A stretch of 64,000 nucleotides of DNA, from positions 6,739-70,738 of the forward strand of contig QHUY01000017.1 of the NCBI GenBank assembly GCA_003223415.1, given 5' to 3'. The notes under the pieces were generated by a model. The model was not told the DNA's origin. It worked only from the letters and a program-made list of their open reading frames with translations, and made no database searches. Within the stretch, counting starts at the first letter, position 1, and every line of letters starts with the position of its first letter. Position numbers and translations under genes: made by a program. Source of the stretch: Gemmatimonadota bacterium (lineage in GTDB: Bacteria; Gemmatimonadota; Gemmatimonadetes; Gemmatimonadales; GWC2-71-9). This document shows positions 19,539 to 29,564 of this stretch, one piece after another.

Positions 19539-21199
19539 CCGCCCCCAGAACCGTGCGCGCGCCGCGGGGTCCGAGCCGAACGTGCAAGGGCTGGATCCAG
19601 GAGGCCGCGCTGCGGATGCTGATGAACAACCTGGACCCGGAAGTCGCCGAGCGGCCCCAGGACCTGGTGGTCTACGGGGGCACCGGGAAGGCGGCGCGCA
19701 ACTGGGCCTGCTTCGACGCGATCTGCCGCACGCTCACCACGCTCGCCGACGATGAGACGCTGCTGGTGCAGTCGGGGAAGCCGGTCGGCGTGTTCGCGAC
19801 CCATCCCGACGCGCCGCGCGTGCTGATCGCCAACGCCAACCTGGTGGGCCGTTGGGCCACGTGGGACGTGTTCCGCGAGCTCGAGCGAGCGGGCCTGATC
19901 ATGTTCGGCCAGATGACGGCCGGCTCCTGGATCTACATCGGGACGCAGGGGATTCTGCAGGGGACATACGAGACTCTCGGCGCGGTGGCGCGGCGCCACT
20001 TCGGCGGCACCCTGAGCGGCCGCCTCGTGCTCACGGGCGGACTGGGCGGCATGGGCGGCGCCCAGCCGCTCGCGGCGACGATGCACGACGCGGTCTGCCT
20101 GGTCGTCGAGGTGGACCCGGCCCGCGTGCAGCGTCGCCTGGAGACTCGCTACCTGGACAAAGCCACGACCTCGCTGGACGAGGCCCTAGCCTGGTGTGGA
20201 GACGCGCAGCAGCGGCGCACGGCGCTCTCCGTAGGCCTGATCGGAAACTGCGCCGACGTGCTGCCCGCGCTGGTGGGCCGGGGGTTCGCGCCGGACATCC
20301 TGACCGACCAGACCTCGGCCCATGACACGCTGCACGGCTACGTGCCGGCGGGCCTGCCCTTGGCCGATGCGGTGGCGCTGCGCCAGCGCCGCCCCGAGGA
20401 ATACGTGCGGCGCGCGCGCGCGAGCATCGCAGCCCACGTGCGGGCCATGCTCGACCTGAGGCGCCACGGCGCCGTGGTGTTCGACTACGGCAATAACATC
20501 CGCACCGAGGCGCGCGACGCCGGCGTGGCCGATGCCTTCGAGATCCCCGGCTTCGTGCCCGAGTACATCCGGCCCCTGTTCTGCGAGGGCAAGGGGCCGT
20601 TCCGGTGGGTGGCGCTCTCCGGTGATCCCCAGGACCTGTATCGCACCGACCGACTCGTCCTGGAGCAGTTCCCCGACGATGCGCACTTGCGGCGCTGGAT
20701 CACCCTGGCGCGCGAACGGGTCGCGTTCCAGGGACTGCCGGCGCGCATCTGCTGGCTGGGGCAGGGCGAACGCGCGCGGTTCGGCGTGGCGCTGAACGAC
20801 CTCGTCGCCGACGGCCAGGTGTCCGCCCCCATCGTGATCGGTCGCGACCACCTCGACACGGGGTCGGTCGCCTCGCCGTTCCGGGAGACTGAGGGCATGC
20901 GCGACGGCTCGGATGCCATCGCCGATTGGGCGATCCTCAACGCCTTGCTCAACACCGCCTCGGGCGCGGCGTGGGTGTCGTTCCATCACGGGGGCGGTGT
21001 CGGAATCGGCAACTCGCTGCACGCCGGACAAGTGTGCGTCGCCGACGGCTCGCCCGCCGCCCGCCGCCGGCTCGAGCGCGTGCTCACCAACGACCCCGGC
21101 ATCGGCGTGGCGCGGCACGCCGACGCGGGGTACCCTGAGGCCCTCGCGGCCGCGCAGCGCCACGGCATCCGCCTCCCGATGCGCGAGGCCTCCGACTGA
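19535..21199 (+). CDS. hutU: urocanate hydratase
   Basis: GTG 19535 overlaps the hutH stop. Has [34 protein letters not shown] and [10 protein letters not shown]. Confidence 0.95.
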   Translation: MTAPRTVRAPRGPSRTCKGWIQEAALRMLMNNLDPEVAERPQDLVVYGGTGKAARNWACFDAICRTLTTLADDETLLVQSGKPVGVFATHPDAPRVLIANANLVGRWATWDVFRELERAGLIMFGQMTAGSWIYIGTQGILQGTYETLGAVARRHFGGTLSGRLVLTGGLGGMGGAQPLAATMHDAVCLVVEVDPARVQRRLETRYLDKATTSLDEALAWCGDAQQRRTALSVGLIGNCADVLPALVGRGFAPDILTDQTSAHDTLHGYVPAGLPLADAVALRQRRPEEYVRRARASIAAHVRAMLDLRRHGAVVFDYGNNIRTEARDAGVADAFEIPGFVPEYIRPLFCEGKGPFRWVALSGDPQDLYRTDRLVLEQFPDDAHLRRWITLARERVAFQGLPARICWLGQGERARFGVALNDLVADGQVSAPIVIGRDHLDTGSVASPFRETEGMRDGSDAIADWAILNALLNTASGAAWVSFHHGGGVGIGNSLHAGQVCVADGSPAARRRLERVLTNDPGIGVARHADAGYPEALAAAQRHGIRLPMREASD

Positions 21200-21285
21200 G
21201 CACGCTGCTCGTCGGCGCCCGGCAAGTCGTCACCTGCCGCGGTCCGGCGCGCGCCCGCCGTGGGCAGGAGCTCGCCACGGTCGAG

Positions 21286-22533
21286 GTGCTCCGCGACGCG
21301 GCCGTGCTGATCGAGGACAGCCGCATCGCGGCGGTCGGTCCCTACGGCGAGCTCAAGGGCTCCCATGCCGAGGTGGTGGAGGTGGGGGGCGTCCTCTTTC
21401 CCGGGTTCGTCGACTGCCACACCCACGCCGTGTTCGGGGCGCCGCGGCTCGACGATCAGCAGCGCCGCGCCCTCGGCGAGGATTACCAGACCATTGCCGC
21501 GGCTGGCGGCGGTATCCTGCAATCGGTGCAGGACACCCGCGCCCGCAGCGAAGCGGACCTGCGCAGGGTCACCCGCGCCCGGCTGCTCGCGCTGCGGGCG
21601 CACGGCAGCACGACCATCGAGGTGAAGTCGGGCTACGGTCTCGACCTCGACACCGAGCGCAAGCAGCTGCGCGTGGTGCGCGCCCTGGCGGCGGAGGAGC
21701 GGCTCAGCCTCGTGCCCACCTTCCTCGGCGCGCACGAGGTTCCGCCCGAGTACCGCGCGCGCCGTGCCGAATACGTGCGGCTGTTGCGCGATGCCATGAT
21801 CCCCGCGATCGCGCGGGAGGGTCTCGCCCGTTGTTGCGACGTGTTCTGCGAGCCCGGCGTGTTCAGCGTCGCGGAGGCGCGCGAGATTCTGCTGGCCGCG
21901 CGACATCACGGGTTGGCGCTGAAGCTGCACGCTGACGAGCTGGAGATCGGGGGGCGGGGGGGGGGCGCCGAGCTCGCGGCGGAGCTCGATGCCCTCAGCG
22001 CCGATCACCTCGCGGCCGTCTCCGCGCCCGGCATCGCCGCGCTGGCCCGGAGCGACACGGTCGCCGTCCTGCTGCCCGCGACGATGCTCTTCCTAGGCAA
22101 GACGCGGCAGGCTCCCGCCCGCCGACTGATCGAGGCCGGGGCGGCGGTCGCGTTGGCCACGGATTTCAATCCCGGCACTTCGCCGACCGTCAGTCTCCCC
22201 TTCGTCATGGCCTTGGGTGTGTCCCAGCTGGGGCTGCGACACGCCGAAGTCGTGACGGCAGTCACGGTCAACGCCGCCGCCGCCCTGGGGCTCGCGGCGG
22301 ACCGTGGCCAGATCGCGCCGGGGTTTGCGGCCGATCTGGTGGCGTGCAACGTGGCCGATTGGCGGGAGATCGCCTACTGGGTGGGCACCAACCTCGTAAC
22401 CGCCGTCTGGACAGGGGGTTTAGCTTGTCCCCACCCTGCGGCCCCGATATCTTTGAGTCTCCATGTCCAAGATCGAAAAGCTCAAGGAGAAGGCGAAAGC
22501 CCTGGAGGCCAAGGATTCCAGGGGCGCGATTGA
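21286..22533 (+). CDS. hutI: imidazolonepropionase
   Basis: Amidohydrolase motifs FVDCHTH, KLHADE, SADHL, ATDFNPG. HutI-like sequence continues upstream of the first canonical start (see findings). Confidence 0.85.
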   Translation: MLRDAAVLIEDSRIAAVGPYGELKGSHAEVVEVGGVLFPGFVDCHTHAVFGAPRLDDQQRRALGEDYQTIAAAGGGILQSVQDTRARSEADLRRVTRARLLALRAHGSTTIEVKSGYGLDLDTERKQLRVVRALAAEERLSLVPTFLGAHEVPPEYRARRAEYVRLLRDAMIPAIAREGLARCCDVFCEPGVFSVAEAREILLAARHHGLALKLHADELEIGGRGGGAELAAELDALSADHLAAVSAPGIAALARSDTVAVLLPATMLFLGKTRQAPARRLIEAGAAVALATDFNPGTSPTVSLPFVMALGVSQLGLRHAEVVTAVTVNAAAALGLAADRGQIAPGFAADLVACNVADWREIAYWVGTNLVTAVWTGGLACPHPAAPISLSLHVQDRKAQGEGESPGGQGFQGRD

Positions 22534-24937
22534 CACCTGGCTGGAAGCGCTGAAGCTGCAGGAAGAGGAAGGGGATCCCAACCCCGACCTGTCGATCTAC
22601 AACCGCATCGGCGATCTCTACCTCAAGGTCAAGGACCCTGCGCAGGCGGCGGATTTCTACGACCGCGCGGTCGACCGGTACGCGGAGTTGGGCTTCCACA
22701 ACAACGCGATCGCGATGTGCAACAAGGTCCTCCGCAACGCGCCTGGCCGGCAGACGACCTACCTGAAGCTCGCCAAGCTGTACGCCGCCAAGGGGTTCAT
22801 CTCGGAGGCCAAACAGAACTTTGTCGAGTACGCCGAGCGGATGAAGCGGATGGGGAAGATCCAGCACGCCTTCGCCGCGCTGAAGGAGTTCACGGACATT
22901 TCGCCGGAGAGCGAGCACCTCCGGGACATGCTGGCCGAGCATCTCAAGATGTACGGTGAGGAGCCGCGGCGCTCAGCGGCCGGCATGCCCCGCGGCAGTA
23001 CGGCTGCGGCTCCGCCCCCGTCGTCGGAGGCGAAGACCGGGAGGCACAAGACCTCCAGCCTCGTCTTCCTGGATCTGGATGAGCCGTCGCCCCGGACCAG
23101 CAAGCTCGTGCGTGCGCCCGCGGCACCGGCTCGGCCGCCGGCGCCGCCGGCCGCCGCCGCCTCCCTCCTGGAGACCGTCACACCCGAGCCTGACACCTCG
23201 CTCGAAATCGAGACCACGAGCATGACGGACGAGGCGGAGCCCGAGCCCACCGCGGGCGGCATGCTGGAGGGGCTCGAGACGACGGGCGCGGACTTCTACG
23301 ACGTGCGGCGAGGCTCGGTGGACACCCCGTCGATCCGCGATGCGGAGCCCGTTCCCGACCTCGTGCCGATGGACGACCTCGAGCCGACGGTCCGCGCGGA
23401 GGCTGAGGAGGAGCAAGAGACCGAGTCGCTGTTGGGAGAGGGGTTTGAGCCCGAGGAGGCGCCGGCGCGTCAGCCTCCCCCGCGCCCGATGCCGAGGCCG
23501 CGAGTGCAGCCCGTCGTGCCCAAGCGGCCGTCCGCCCCGAGAGTGCAACCGGTCGTCCCCAAGCGGCCGTCCGCGGCGCCGAAAGCGGTCCCCACGCCGC
23601 CGCGGCCGACGCCACCGCCGTTCAAGGCGGCCCCTCCCAAGCGGAAGACGGTGGTGGAAATCCCGCCGCTCGACCTCGAGCCGGACTTCGAGACCGCGAC
23701 CACCGAGGGTGGTCACGACGTGGATGATCAGCCGCTCGCGATCGACGAACCCCGGGCGCACCCCAGCTGGCTGCAGACCGAGGACGACCTCTCCATCGTC
23801 GAGGGCGGCAGGAAGTCGACGTTCATCGACCTGGGGGTGGACGGGATCGTCAACCAGGGCGGTGCGAGCGGCTCGCTGGTGTTCTCGAGTATCGACGAGC
23901 CGTCAGCGGCGCCGACCATCGAGGAGCTGGAGGGGCGCGTCGCCGAGAACCCGGACGACGCAGAGGCGCACCAGGCGCTGGGGGAAGCGTTGATCGAGGC
24001 GGGGGAGCGCGAGCGCGGCGTCGAGGAGCTGGACATCGCGGTGAGCGGCTTCGAGTCGGTCGAGAACCTCCCACAGGCCCAGGACTTGGTGGAGGAGATC
24101 CTGCGCCTCGATCCCAACAGCGTGCGGCACCGCCAGAAGCAGGTCGAGCTGGCGTTCAACGCGGGGGACAAGGGCAAGCTGATCGACGCTTACCTCGAGT
24201 TGGCGGACACGCTGCTGCGCAGCGATCTGCCGGAGAAGGCGCGCGCCGTCTACGAGCGGGTGGTGGAGCACGACCGGAAGAACGAGCGCGCCAAGGCCGC
24301 CCTGGCCATGCTGTCGCCGTCGCCGGTCACGCCGGCCGCCAAGCCGGACAAGAAGGTCCAGGCGAAGGACGCGAAGATGACAGTGCGCGACGAGGCCGGG
24401 CCCGGGGGTGACTTCGTCGACCTCGGCGCGATGATGCTCGAGGACGAGGAGCCCGCGCGCAACACGCGCATGAAGGTGCAGGACGAGGAGCCCACGGGCG
24501 ACGAGGAGCAGGACTTCCACGACATGCTCGCCCGGTTCAAGCAGGGGATCGACGAGAACATCGACGAGGCGGACTTCCAGTCGCACTACGACCTCGGGGT
24601 CGCCTTCAAGGAGATGGGCCTGCTGGACGAGGCCATCGCCGAGTTCCAGAAAGCGCTGCGCGCCCCCGAGGGCAAGCTCCGCACGTCGGAGGCCTTGGGG
24701 GGGTGTTTCTTCGCGAAGGGAGCTTTCGGCGTCGCGGAATCGATCCTGCGGCGCGGCCTGGAGCTGCCGGCGTCGGGCGACCAGGAGCGCCTCGGCGTGC
24801 TCTATTGGCTGGGCCGCTCGCTGGAGGAGCAGGGCCGCAAAGCCGAAGCCAAGGACCTGTACGGACGCGTCACCGCCGTGGACATCCGCTTCATGGACGT
24901 GGGCGGGCGCGTGAAAGCACTCGCCAAGGCGAAATGA
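22463..24937 (+). CDS. large TPR-repeat protein with Pro-rich low-complexity centre
   Basis: 824 aa. TPR-like helices at both ends and an acidic/Pro-rich middle. No specific family recognised. Confidence 0.6.
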   Translation: MSKIEKLKEKAKALEAKDSRGAIDTWLEALKLQEEEGDPNPDLSIYNRIGDLYLKVKDPAQAADFYDRAVDRYAELGFHNNAIAMCNKVLRNAPGRQTTYLKLAKLYAAKGFISEAKQNFVEYAERMKRMGKIQHAFAALKEFTDISPESEHLRDMLAEHLKMYGEEPRRSAAGMPRGSTAAAPPPSSEAKTGRHKTSSLVFLDLDEPSPRTSKLVRAPAAPARPPAPPAAAASLLETVTPEPDTSLEIETTSMTDEAEPEPTAGGMLEGLETTGADFYDVRRGSVDTPSIRDAEPVPDLVPMDDLEPTVRAEAEEEQETESLLGEGFEPEEAPARQPPPRPMPRPRVQPVVPKRPSAPRVQPVVPKRPSAAPKAVPTPPRPTPPPFKAAPPKRKTVVEIPPLDLEPDFETATTEGGHDVDDQPLAIDEPRAHPSWLQTEDDLSIVEGGRKSTFIDLGVDGIVNQGGASGSLVFSSIDEPSAAPTIEELEGRVAENPDDAEAHQALGEALIEAGERERGVEELDIAVSGFESVENLPQAQDLVEEILRLDPNSVRHRQKQVELAFNAGDKGKLIDAYLELADTLLRSDLPEKARAVYERVVEHDRKNERAKAALAMLSPSPVTPAAKPDKKVQAKDAKMTVRDEAGPGGDFVDLGAMMLEDEEPARNTRMKVQDEEPTGDEEQDFHDMLARFKQGIDENIDEADFQSHYDLGVAFKEMGLLDEAIAEFQKALRAPEGKLRTSEALGGCFFAKGAFGVAESILRRGLELPASGDQERLGVLYWLGRSLEEQGRKAEAKDLYGRVTAVDIRFMDVGGRVKALAKAK
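23501..23578 (+). repeat. 2 x 39-nt in-frame tandem repeat (RVQPVVPKRPSAP/A)
   Basis: Units at 23501-23539 and 23540-23578 encode near-identical 13-mers and differ mainly at synonymous positions. Confidence 0.8.
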
Positions 24938-24938
24938 T

Positions 24939-25928
24939 GTGAGCCAGCAGGTCGCGCCCGTCGCCCTACGCGACATCCAGCGCCCGGTGGCGGCGACCCT
25001 CGAACGGGTCGTCGACGAGCTGCGCCGCATCATCGCCGCCGACTTCCCGGTCATCGCCGAGGTCAACGAGCACCTGCTGCGGATGAAGGGCAAGCTGTTC
25101 CGCCCCACACTGCTGCTGCTCAGTCATCAGGCGGCCGGCGGCGAGGAGCCCCGCGCCGTGACGCTGGCGGCGGTGGTGGAGTTGATTCACCTTGCCACCC
25201 TGGTGCACGACGACTCGGTCGACCACTCGGCGCTGCGGCGCGGCATGCCGACCATCAACGCGCTGTTCTCGCACCAGGTCGCCGTGATCATGGGGGACTA
25301 CCTCTACTCCCGGGCGATCATCGAGCTCGTCGCGCTCGATGATCTCGAGCCCCTGCGGGTGTTCGCCCGCGTCACCAACGAGATGACCGTGGGCGAGATG
25401 CGCCAGCTCGAGGCGCACGACAAGCTCGCCTACGGCGAGGCGCAGTACGACGCCCTGATCCGCGCCAAGACCGCGTCACTGCTGTCCGGCGCGTGCGAGG
25501 TCGGCGCGCTGCGCGCCGCGCGCGACTGCCGCGAGGCGCTCGCCCGGTTCGGGATGTCCCTCGGCATGGCCTTCCAGATCACCGACGACCTGCTCGACTA
25601 CACGCAGCCGCAGGCCGTCACCGGTAAGCCCTCGGGGCTCGATCTCAAGGAGCACAAGGTGACGCTGCCGCTCATCGCCGCCTTGGCGCGCCTAGCGCCC
25701 GGGGACCGGCGGTTGGTGGAGCTGCTGATGGCGTCGCCCGACCCGCCGGACGATCTGGTGGCGGAGGTCATCCGAGCGGTGGAGGCCGCCGATGGGCTGG
25801 AGTACGCCCGGCGACGCGCCCAGGAGCTCGCGCAGCAGGCCGAGACGGAGCTCGAAACGCTGTCGCCCTCGCCCGCGCGCGATGCGCTCCGCGACAGCAT
25901 CGCGTATGCGGTCGAACGGCACAGTTGA
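24939..25928 (+). CDS. polyprenyl diphosphate synthase (trans-IPPS, octaprenyl-type)
   Basis: First DDxxD at LVHDDSVD, second at FQITDDLLD. Confidence 0.85.
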   Translation: MSQQVAPVALRDIQRPVAATLERVVDELRRIIAADFPVIAEVNEHLLRMKGKLFRPTLLLLSHQAAGGEEPRAVTLAAVVELIHLATLVHDDSVDHSALRRGMPTINALFSHQVAVIMGDYLYSRAIIELVALDDLEPLRVFARVTNEMTVGEMRQLEAHDKLAYGEAQYDALIRAKTASLLSGACEVGALRAARDCREALARFGMSLGMAFQITDDLLDYTQPQAVTGKPSGLDLKEHKVTLPLIAALARLAPGDRRLVELLMASPDPPDDLVAEVIRAVEAADGLEYARRRAQELAQQAETELETLSPSPARDALRDSIAYAVERHS

Positions 25929-25931
25929 GCC

Positions 25932-26204
25932 GTGGCGCACGGACCGCGGCGGCCGTTATTTTACCTGGGGGTGCTCGCCGCCGGCTTTGTCCTCGGTGGG
26001 TTTCTCCACGCGCTGCTACGACGCTTTTTGCCGCAGGGCGCGGCGAAGGAGTTCTTCACCACGGCCGTGACGCCGACGCTGGGCCCGGTGCATCTCGACC
26101 TGCTGGTGGTGTCCATCACGCTGGGCCCCATCGGGCTCGACGTGTCGTTGCTGTCGGTCGTGGGGGTGGCGATCGCCTATTTCGTCGCCCGGTCGCTCTT
26201 CTAG
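25932..26204 (+). CDS. small membrane protein, DUF4321-like
   Basis: 90 aa with two TMs and a pattern resembling DUF4321 (from memory). Sits upstream of tatA. Confidence 0.5.
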   Translation: MAHGPRRPLFYLGVLAAGFVLGGFLHALLRRFLPQGAAKEFFTTAVTPTLGPVHLDLLVVSITLGPIGLDVSLLSVVGVAIAYFVARSLF

Positions 26205-26214
26205 CGAGGCGCGT

Positions 26215-26454
26215 ATGTTCGGGGACCTGTCGTTCGCTCATATTTTGATCCTACTGCTGGTGCTCGTCCTGGTCTTCGGGGCGCGGCGCATTCCCGAGAT
26301 CGGGTCGTCGATCGGACAAGGCATCAAGGAGTTCAAGCGCAGTCTCAAGGATGTGGATGCGCCCCCTCCTCCCGCCCCGCCGCCGGCCGAGCCGCGCAGC
26401 TTCCAGCCGCCGGCGTCGTCCAGTGGCGGTGAGCCCAAGCGCCTCAGCCAGTAG
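26215..26454 (+). CDS. tatA: twin-arginine translocase TatA/E family protein
   Basis: N-terminal TM followed by an FG hinge: ILILLLVLVLVFGARRIPEIGSSIGQGIKEFKR. Confidence 0.85.
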   Translation: MFGDLSFAHILILLLVLVLVFGARRIPEIGSSIGQGIKEFKRSLKDVDAPPPPAPPPAEPRSFQPPASSSGGEPKRLSQ

Positions 26455-26457
26455 ACC

Positions 26458-26682
26458 ATGGGCCTCGGCAATCTGAGCGGCGGCGAGCTGGTCATCCTGC
26501 TGGTGATCTGCCTGCTGGTTTTCGGCGCCCACCGACTGCCCGAGGCGGGCAAAGCGGTGGGGAAGGGATTGCGAGAGTTCCAGCGGGCCCTGAACGAGAC
26601 CCGCGATGCGGTGCACGACGAACCGGGCCCCACCCCTTCCCCCCCGGGCCCGGCGATACCACCGCGACGCCTGCTCGAGTAG
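26458..26682 (+). CDS. twin-arginine translocase TatA/TatB family protein (second paralog)
   Basis: LVILLVICLLVFGAHRLPEAGKAVGKGLREFQR. Confidence 0.8.
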   Translation: MGLGNLSGGELVILLVICLLVFGAHRLPEAGKAVGKGLREFQRALNETRDAVHDEPGPTPSPPGPAIPPRRLLE

Positions 26683-26695
26683 CGACGGCCGTCGG

Positions 26696-28543
26696 CTACG
26701 TGCCGGCGGTCACGCTTTGGGGCCGGAACAGCTCCTTGCGCCGGTCGAGAATCTTCGCCTGCTGGCGCAGGCCGGCGAGAAACGCCTGCATCCGCGCCTG
26801 GCGCACCGGATCCATCAGCTCGGTGCGCTGCCGGTCGCGCTGGGCGAGCCAGGCCGCCGAGTCGGCCAGCTTACGCCACAGCGAGGCGACGAGGAAGTAG
26901 CCACCGTCGCCGGCCAGCACTCCGCTGCGCTCTCCCACCCGCAGCCCGAACGCCGTCCCGACAACGAGCGGCTCGCGCTGAATCGCGGGGGGCGGTGTGG
27001 TCCGGGTGAAGGGGCCCAGCGTCACCACGGGGGGCCAGCCGTGCGCCGCGGCCGCCCGCGCGAGGTCGGGCGCGTTGCCGAGCGCGGCCGCGATCTGCTG
27101 CGCCTCCTGCCGCGCGACCGCCTTCTTTTTTTCCAGCCGGGCGGCGTACCGTACCTGATCCCGGACGTAGCCGAGCGGTGGCACGCCCGCGGGGATGAGG
27201 GAGTCGAGGCGGAACACATAATAGGCGGCCTCGCCTTCGATCAGCGGACTCGTCTCGCCCACCTTCGCCTCGAACGCCCACACGCTGACGTCGGGAATCA
27301 CGTACCGGCCCAGCGTCAGACGATCCCCCTCCACGAGCTTGGGAGCCCGGCCGCTCGGGAGATGCAAGCGTGCGCCCGCGCTGTCCAGCACGGCGCCGTT
27401 TTCGCGCTCGGCCGCCAGCCGCTCCAGCGTATCCGCGCGCGCCTCGACGTAGTCGCGGTGCGCGCCCTGCAGCGCGATGGGGATCAGAATGTGCCGCGCG
27501 TGGATCGAGTCGCCCTTGGCGGCGTCCACGCGGATCAGGTGGTAGCCGAAGGTGGAGAGGACCGGCTGGGAAAGTTGGCCGGGCTGCACCGACCGCAGTC
27601 CCGCGAGGAAGCGTGGATCGTAGCCCGGCTGGTTCCGCTTGATCCAGCCGAGGTCGCCCCCCCGCGCACCGCTGACGGAATCGGAGGACTCCCGCTTGGC
27701 GACTTCCGCGAACTTGGCGGCGCCACCGGCTGCGATCTCGGCCCGCAGGCGTCGGACCCGCGTCAGGGCGGCGGCCGTGTCCGCGGCGTCCGGGTAGCGC
27801 GGCTGCGCCACGAAGCTCAGGAACGCGACGGCGGGCCGTTTGAAATCGCCTTGGTGCGTCGCGAAGTAGCGCTGCAGCTCGGCGTCGGAGACGGGCGCGA
27901 GGGTGTCGTCGATCGTCTGCGGCCGAACGGCCAGGAGCGCGATCTTCAGCGAATCGTGCTGGTCCCGATACATCCGCCAGAGCTTGGCGTCCGAGAGGTA
28001 CACGTCCACCGTCAGGTACTCGGCCAGCTTCACCTCGGGGATCTGTTCGCGATACCGCGCCTCGAGCTGCGCCAGGAATTCGGGGGCGGTCCCCGCCGCC
28101 AGGAAGCGCTGCCACTTCGTAATATCGAACTGACCGTTGGTCTGGAAATCGGGAGCTCGCATGACCTCCGGCGGCGGGCTCGTCCGCGCCGCCTCGATGA
28201 TCTCCTGGTCGCTCACCGTGATCCCGAGGCGGCGGTACTCCTGATGGAGCAGCGCGCTCTGGATGATCTGGTTCACGACCTCATCCTGGACCTGCTTTTC
28301 GTCCTCGCGCGTGAGCGCCGCGAGACCGCTGCGCCGCCGGGCCTGCTCGTAGGCCGCCTGCAGCGCGGCCTGATACTGGGGCAGGTGGATCGCGTCCCCG
28401 TTGACCTTGAGCACGACATCGGCACCACCGTACGACCCCCGTCCGGTGATGCCCATCCCCACGTCGAAGACCAGCCAGCCGACGAAGCTGACGGCCAGGA
28501 TGTAGAAGATCCACTTGGTGTTTTCGCGCATGGCGCGGAGCAT
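26696..28543 (-). CDS. periplasmic chaperone / peptidyl-prolyl isomerase PpiD-like (SurA_N + parvulin)
   Basis: Start chosen at MLRAMRENTKWIFYILAVSFVGWLVF (TM anchor). Parvulin core is GGDLGWIKRN...STFGYHLIRV. Confidence 0.75.
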   Translation of the reverse strand: MLRAMRENTKWIFYILAVSFVGWLVFDVGMGITGRGSYGGADVVLKVNGDAIHLPQYQAALQAAYEQARRRSGLAALTREDEKQVQDEVVNQIIQSALLHQEYRRLGITVSDQEIIEAARTSPPPEVMRAPDFQTNGQFDITKWQRFLAAGTAPEFLAQLEARYREQIPEVKLAEYLTVDVYLSDAKLWRMYRDQHDSLKIALLAVRPQTIDDTLAPVSDAELQRYFATHQGDFKRPAVAFLSFVAQPRYPDAADTAAALTRVRRLRAEIAAGGAAKFAEVAKRESSDSVSGARGGDLGWIKRNQPGYDPRFLAGLRSVQPGQLSQPVLSTFGYHLIRVDAAKGDSIHARHILIPIALQGAHRDYVEARADTLERLAAERENGAVLDSAGARLHLPSGRAPKLVEGDRLTLGRYVIPDVSVWAFEAKVGETSPLIEGEAAYYVFRLDSLIPAGVPPLGYVRDQVRYAARLEKKKAVARQEAQQIAAALGNAPDLARAAAAHGWPPVVTLGPFTRTTPPPAIQREPLVVGTAFGLRVGERSGVLAGDGGYFLVASLWRKLADSAAWLAQRDRQRTELMDPVRQARMQAFLAGLRQQAKILDRRKELFRPQSVTAGT

Positions 28544-28634
28544 GAGGGCGAGATCTCCGTCAGAAAGGGGACTGAAGGGGCATAAGTCTAAGAACCACAA
28601 CAAGGAATCTCAAGCAACGGCGGCGGCCAAATGA

Positions 28635-28664
28635 TTGACAGCGACGCCTTGCAAACACTATCTT
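28635..28664 (+). promoter_or_regulatory. candidate sigma70-like promoter in the AT-richer divergent region
   Basis: TTGACA (28635-28640), an 18-nt spacer, then TATCTT (28659-28664). Lies upstream of GTG 28692. Confidence 0.35.
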
Positions 28665-28691
28665 CGTCCAATTCCCACATAGACTTAGGCC

Positions 28692-29564
28692 GTGGCCTAC
28701 ACCAGCGAAATCGAGAAGCTCGAACAGCGCTTCCGGGAGAACCCGAAGGGTCGCAACTTCGCTCCGCTGGCCGACGCCTATCGTAAAGGCGGGCTTATAG
28801 ATAACGCCATCGAGTTGTGCCAAACCGGTATCAAGTTGCACCCCGACTACATCAGTGCCCACATCGTCTACGGCCGCTGCCTGATCGACAAAAAGGACGA
28901 CCCCGCGGCCGAGGAAGTGTTCCGCAAGATCCTCCAGCTGGACCAGGAGAACATCCTCGCGCTCAAGGTGCTGGCGGAGATCGCCGATCGGAACAAACGG
29001 TTCGACCAGGAAGTCGAGTGGCTCAGCCGGTTGCTCTCGGTCGATCCCATGAACGGCGAAGCCGCCGAAGCGCTCTCCCGCGCCAGGAAAAAAGCGTCCT
29101 CCGCAAAGCCTGTCGAACCGGTCGCGGCGCCACCGCTCGGCATGGAGCCTACTGCTCTGGCCGAGGCTCCGACGGCCGCGATGGGCAAGCCGGACTTCGT
29201 CGTGGAACAGGCGTCGGCGCCCGAGGCGACTGTGCCAACGAAGTCGGCGCCTTCGGGCGATGTCGAGGCCTTCGACGGCACTGTCGACTTCAACGCCACG
29301 GCGCACGAGGCGGCCAAAGCCGCAGGGATTGAGGTCCAGGAAGACGTCGAACTGAAGGTGGACGCAGTCCCCCTCGAAGGGCTGGCCCGGACGCAGTACG
29401 AAGGCAGCGGGATGCCTGATATGCCGGATCATGCCGGAAGACGTCACGCCCCGTCGTTCGCCGCCCGCCGCCGCTCCTCCGCCCCCCCCCTCCCCCCCCC
29501 CGGCGCCACGCCGTACGCCGCCGCCCGCCCCCGCCCCCGTCCCAGCTGCGGTGGCCGCATCTGA
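28692..29564 (+). CDS. TPR protein, N-terminal part (frame broken near 29430)
   Basis: TPR helices (YRKGGLIDNAIELCQTGIKLHPDY...). After ~29430 the frame turns Arg-rich and looks out of frame. Confidence 0.6.
   Translation: MAYTSEIEKLEQRFRENPKGRNFAPLADAYRKGGLIDNAIELCQTGIKLHPDYISAHIVYGRCLIDKKDDPAAEEVFRKILQLDQENILALKVLAEIADRNKRFDQEVEWLSRLLSVDPMNGEAAEALSRARKKASSAKPVEPVAAPPLGMEPTALAEAPTAAMGKPDFVVEQASAPEATVPTKSAPSGDVEAFDGTVDFNATAHEAAKAAGIEVQEDVELKVDAVPLEGLARTQYEGSGMPDMPDHAGRRHAPSFAARRRSSAPPLPPPGATPYAAARPRPRPSCGGRI

Noticed and set aside
28561-28585. AAAGGGGACTGAAGGGG upstream of ppiD, considered as another GGGGACT-class arm
   Set aside because: Only two degenerate units and no partner arm, which is too weak to call.
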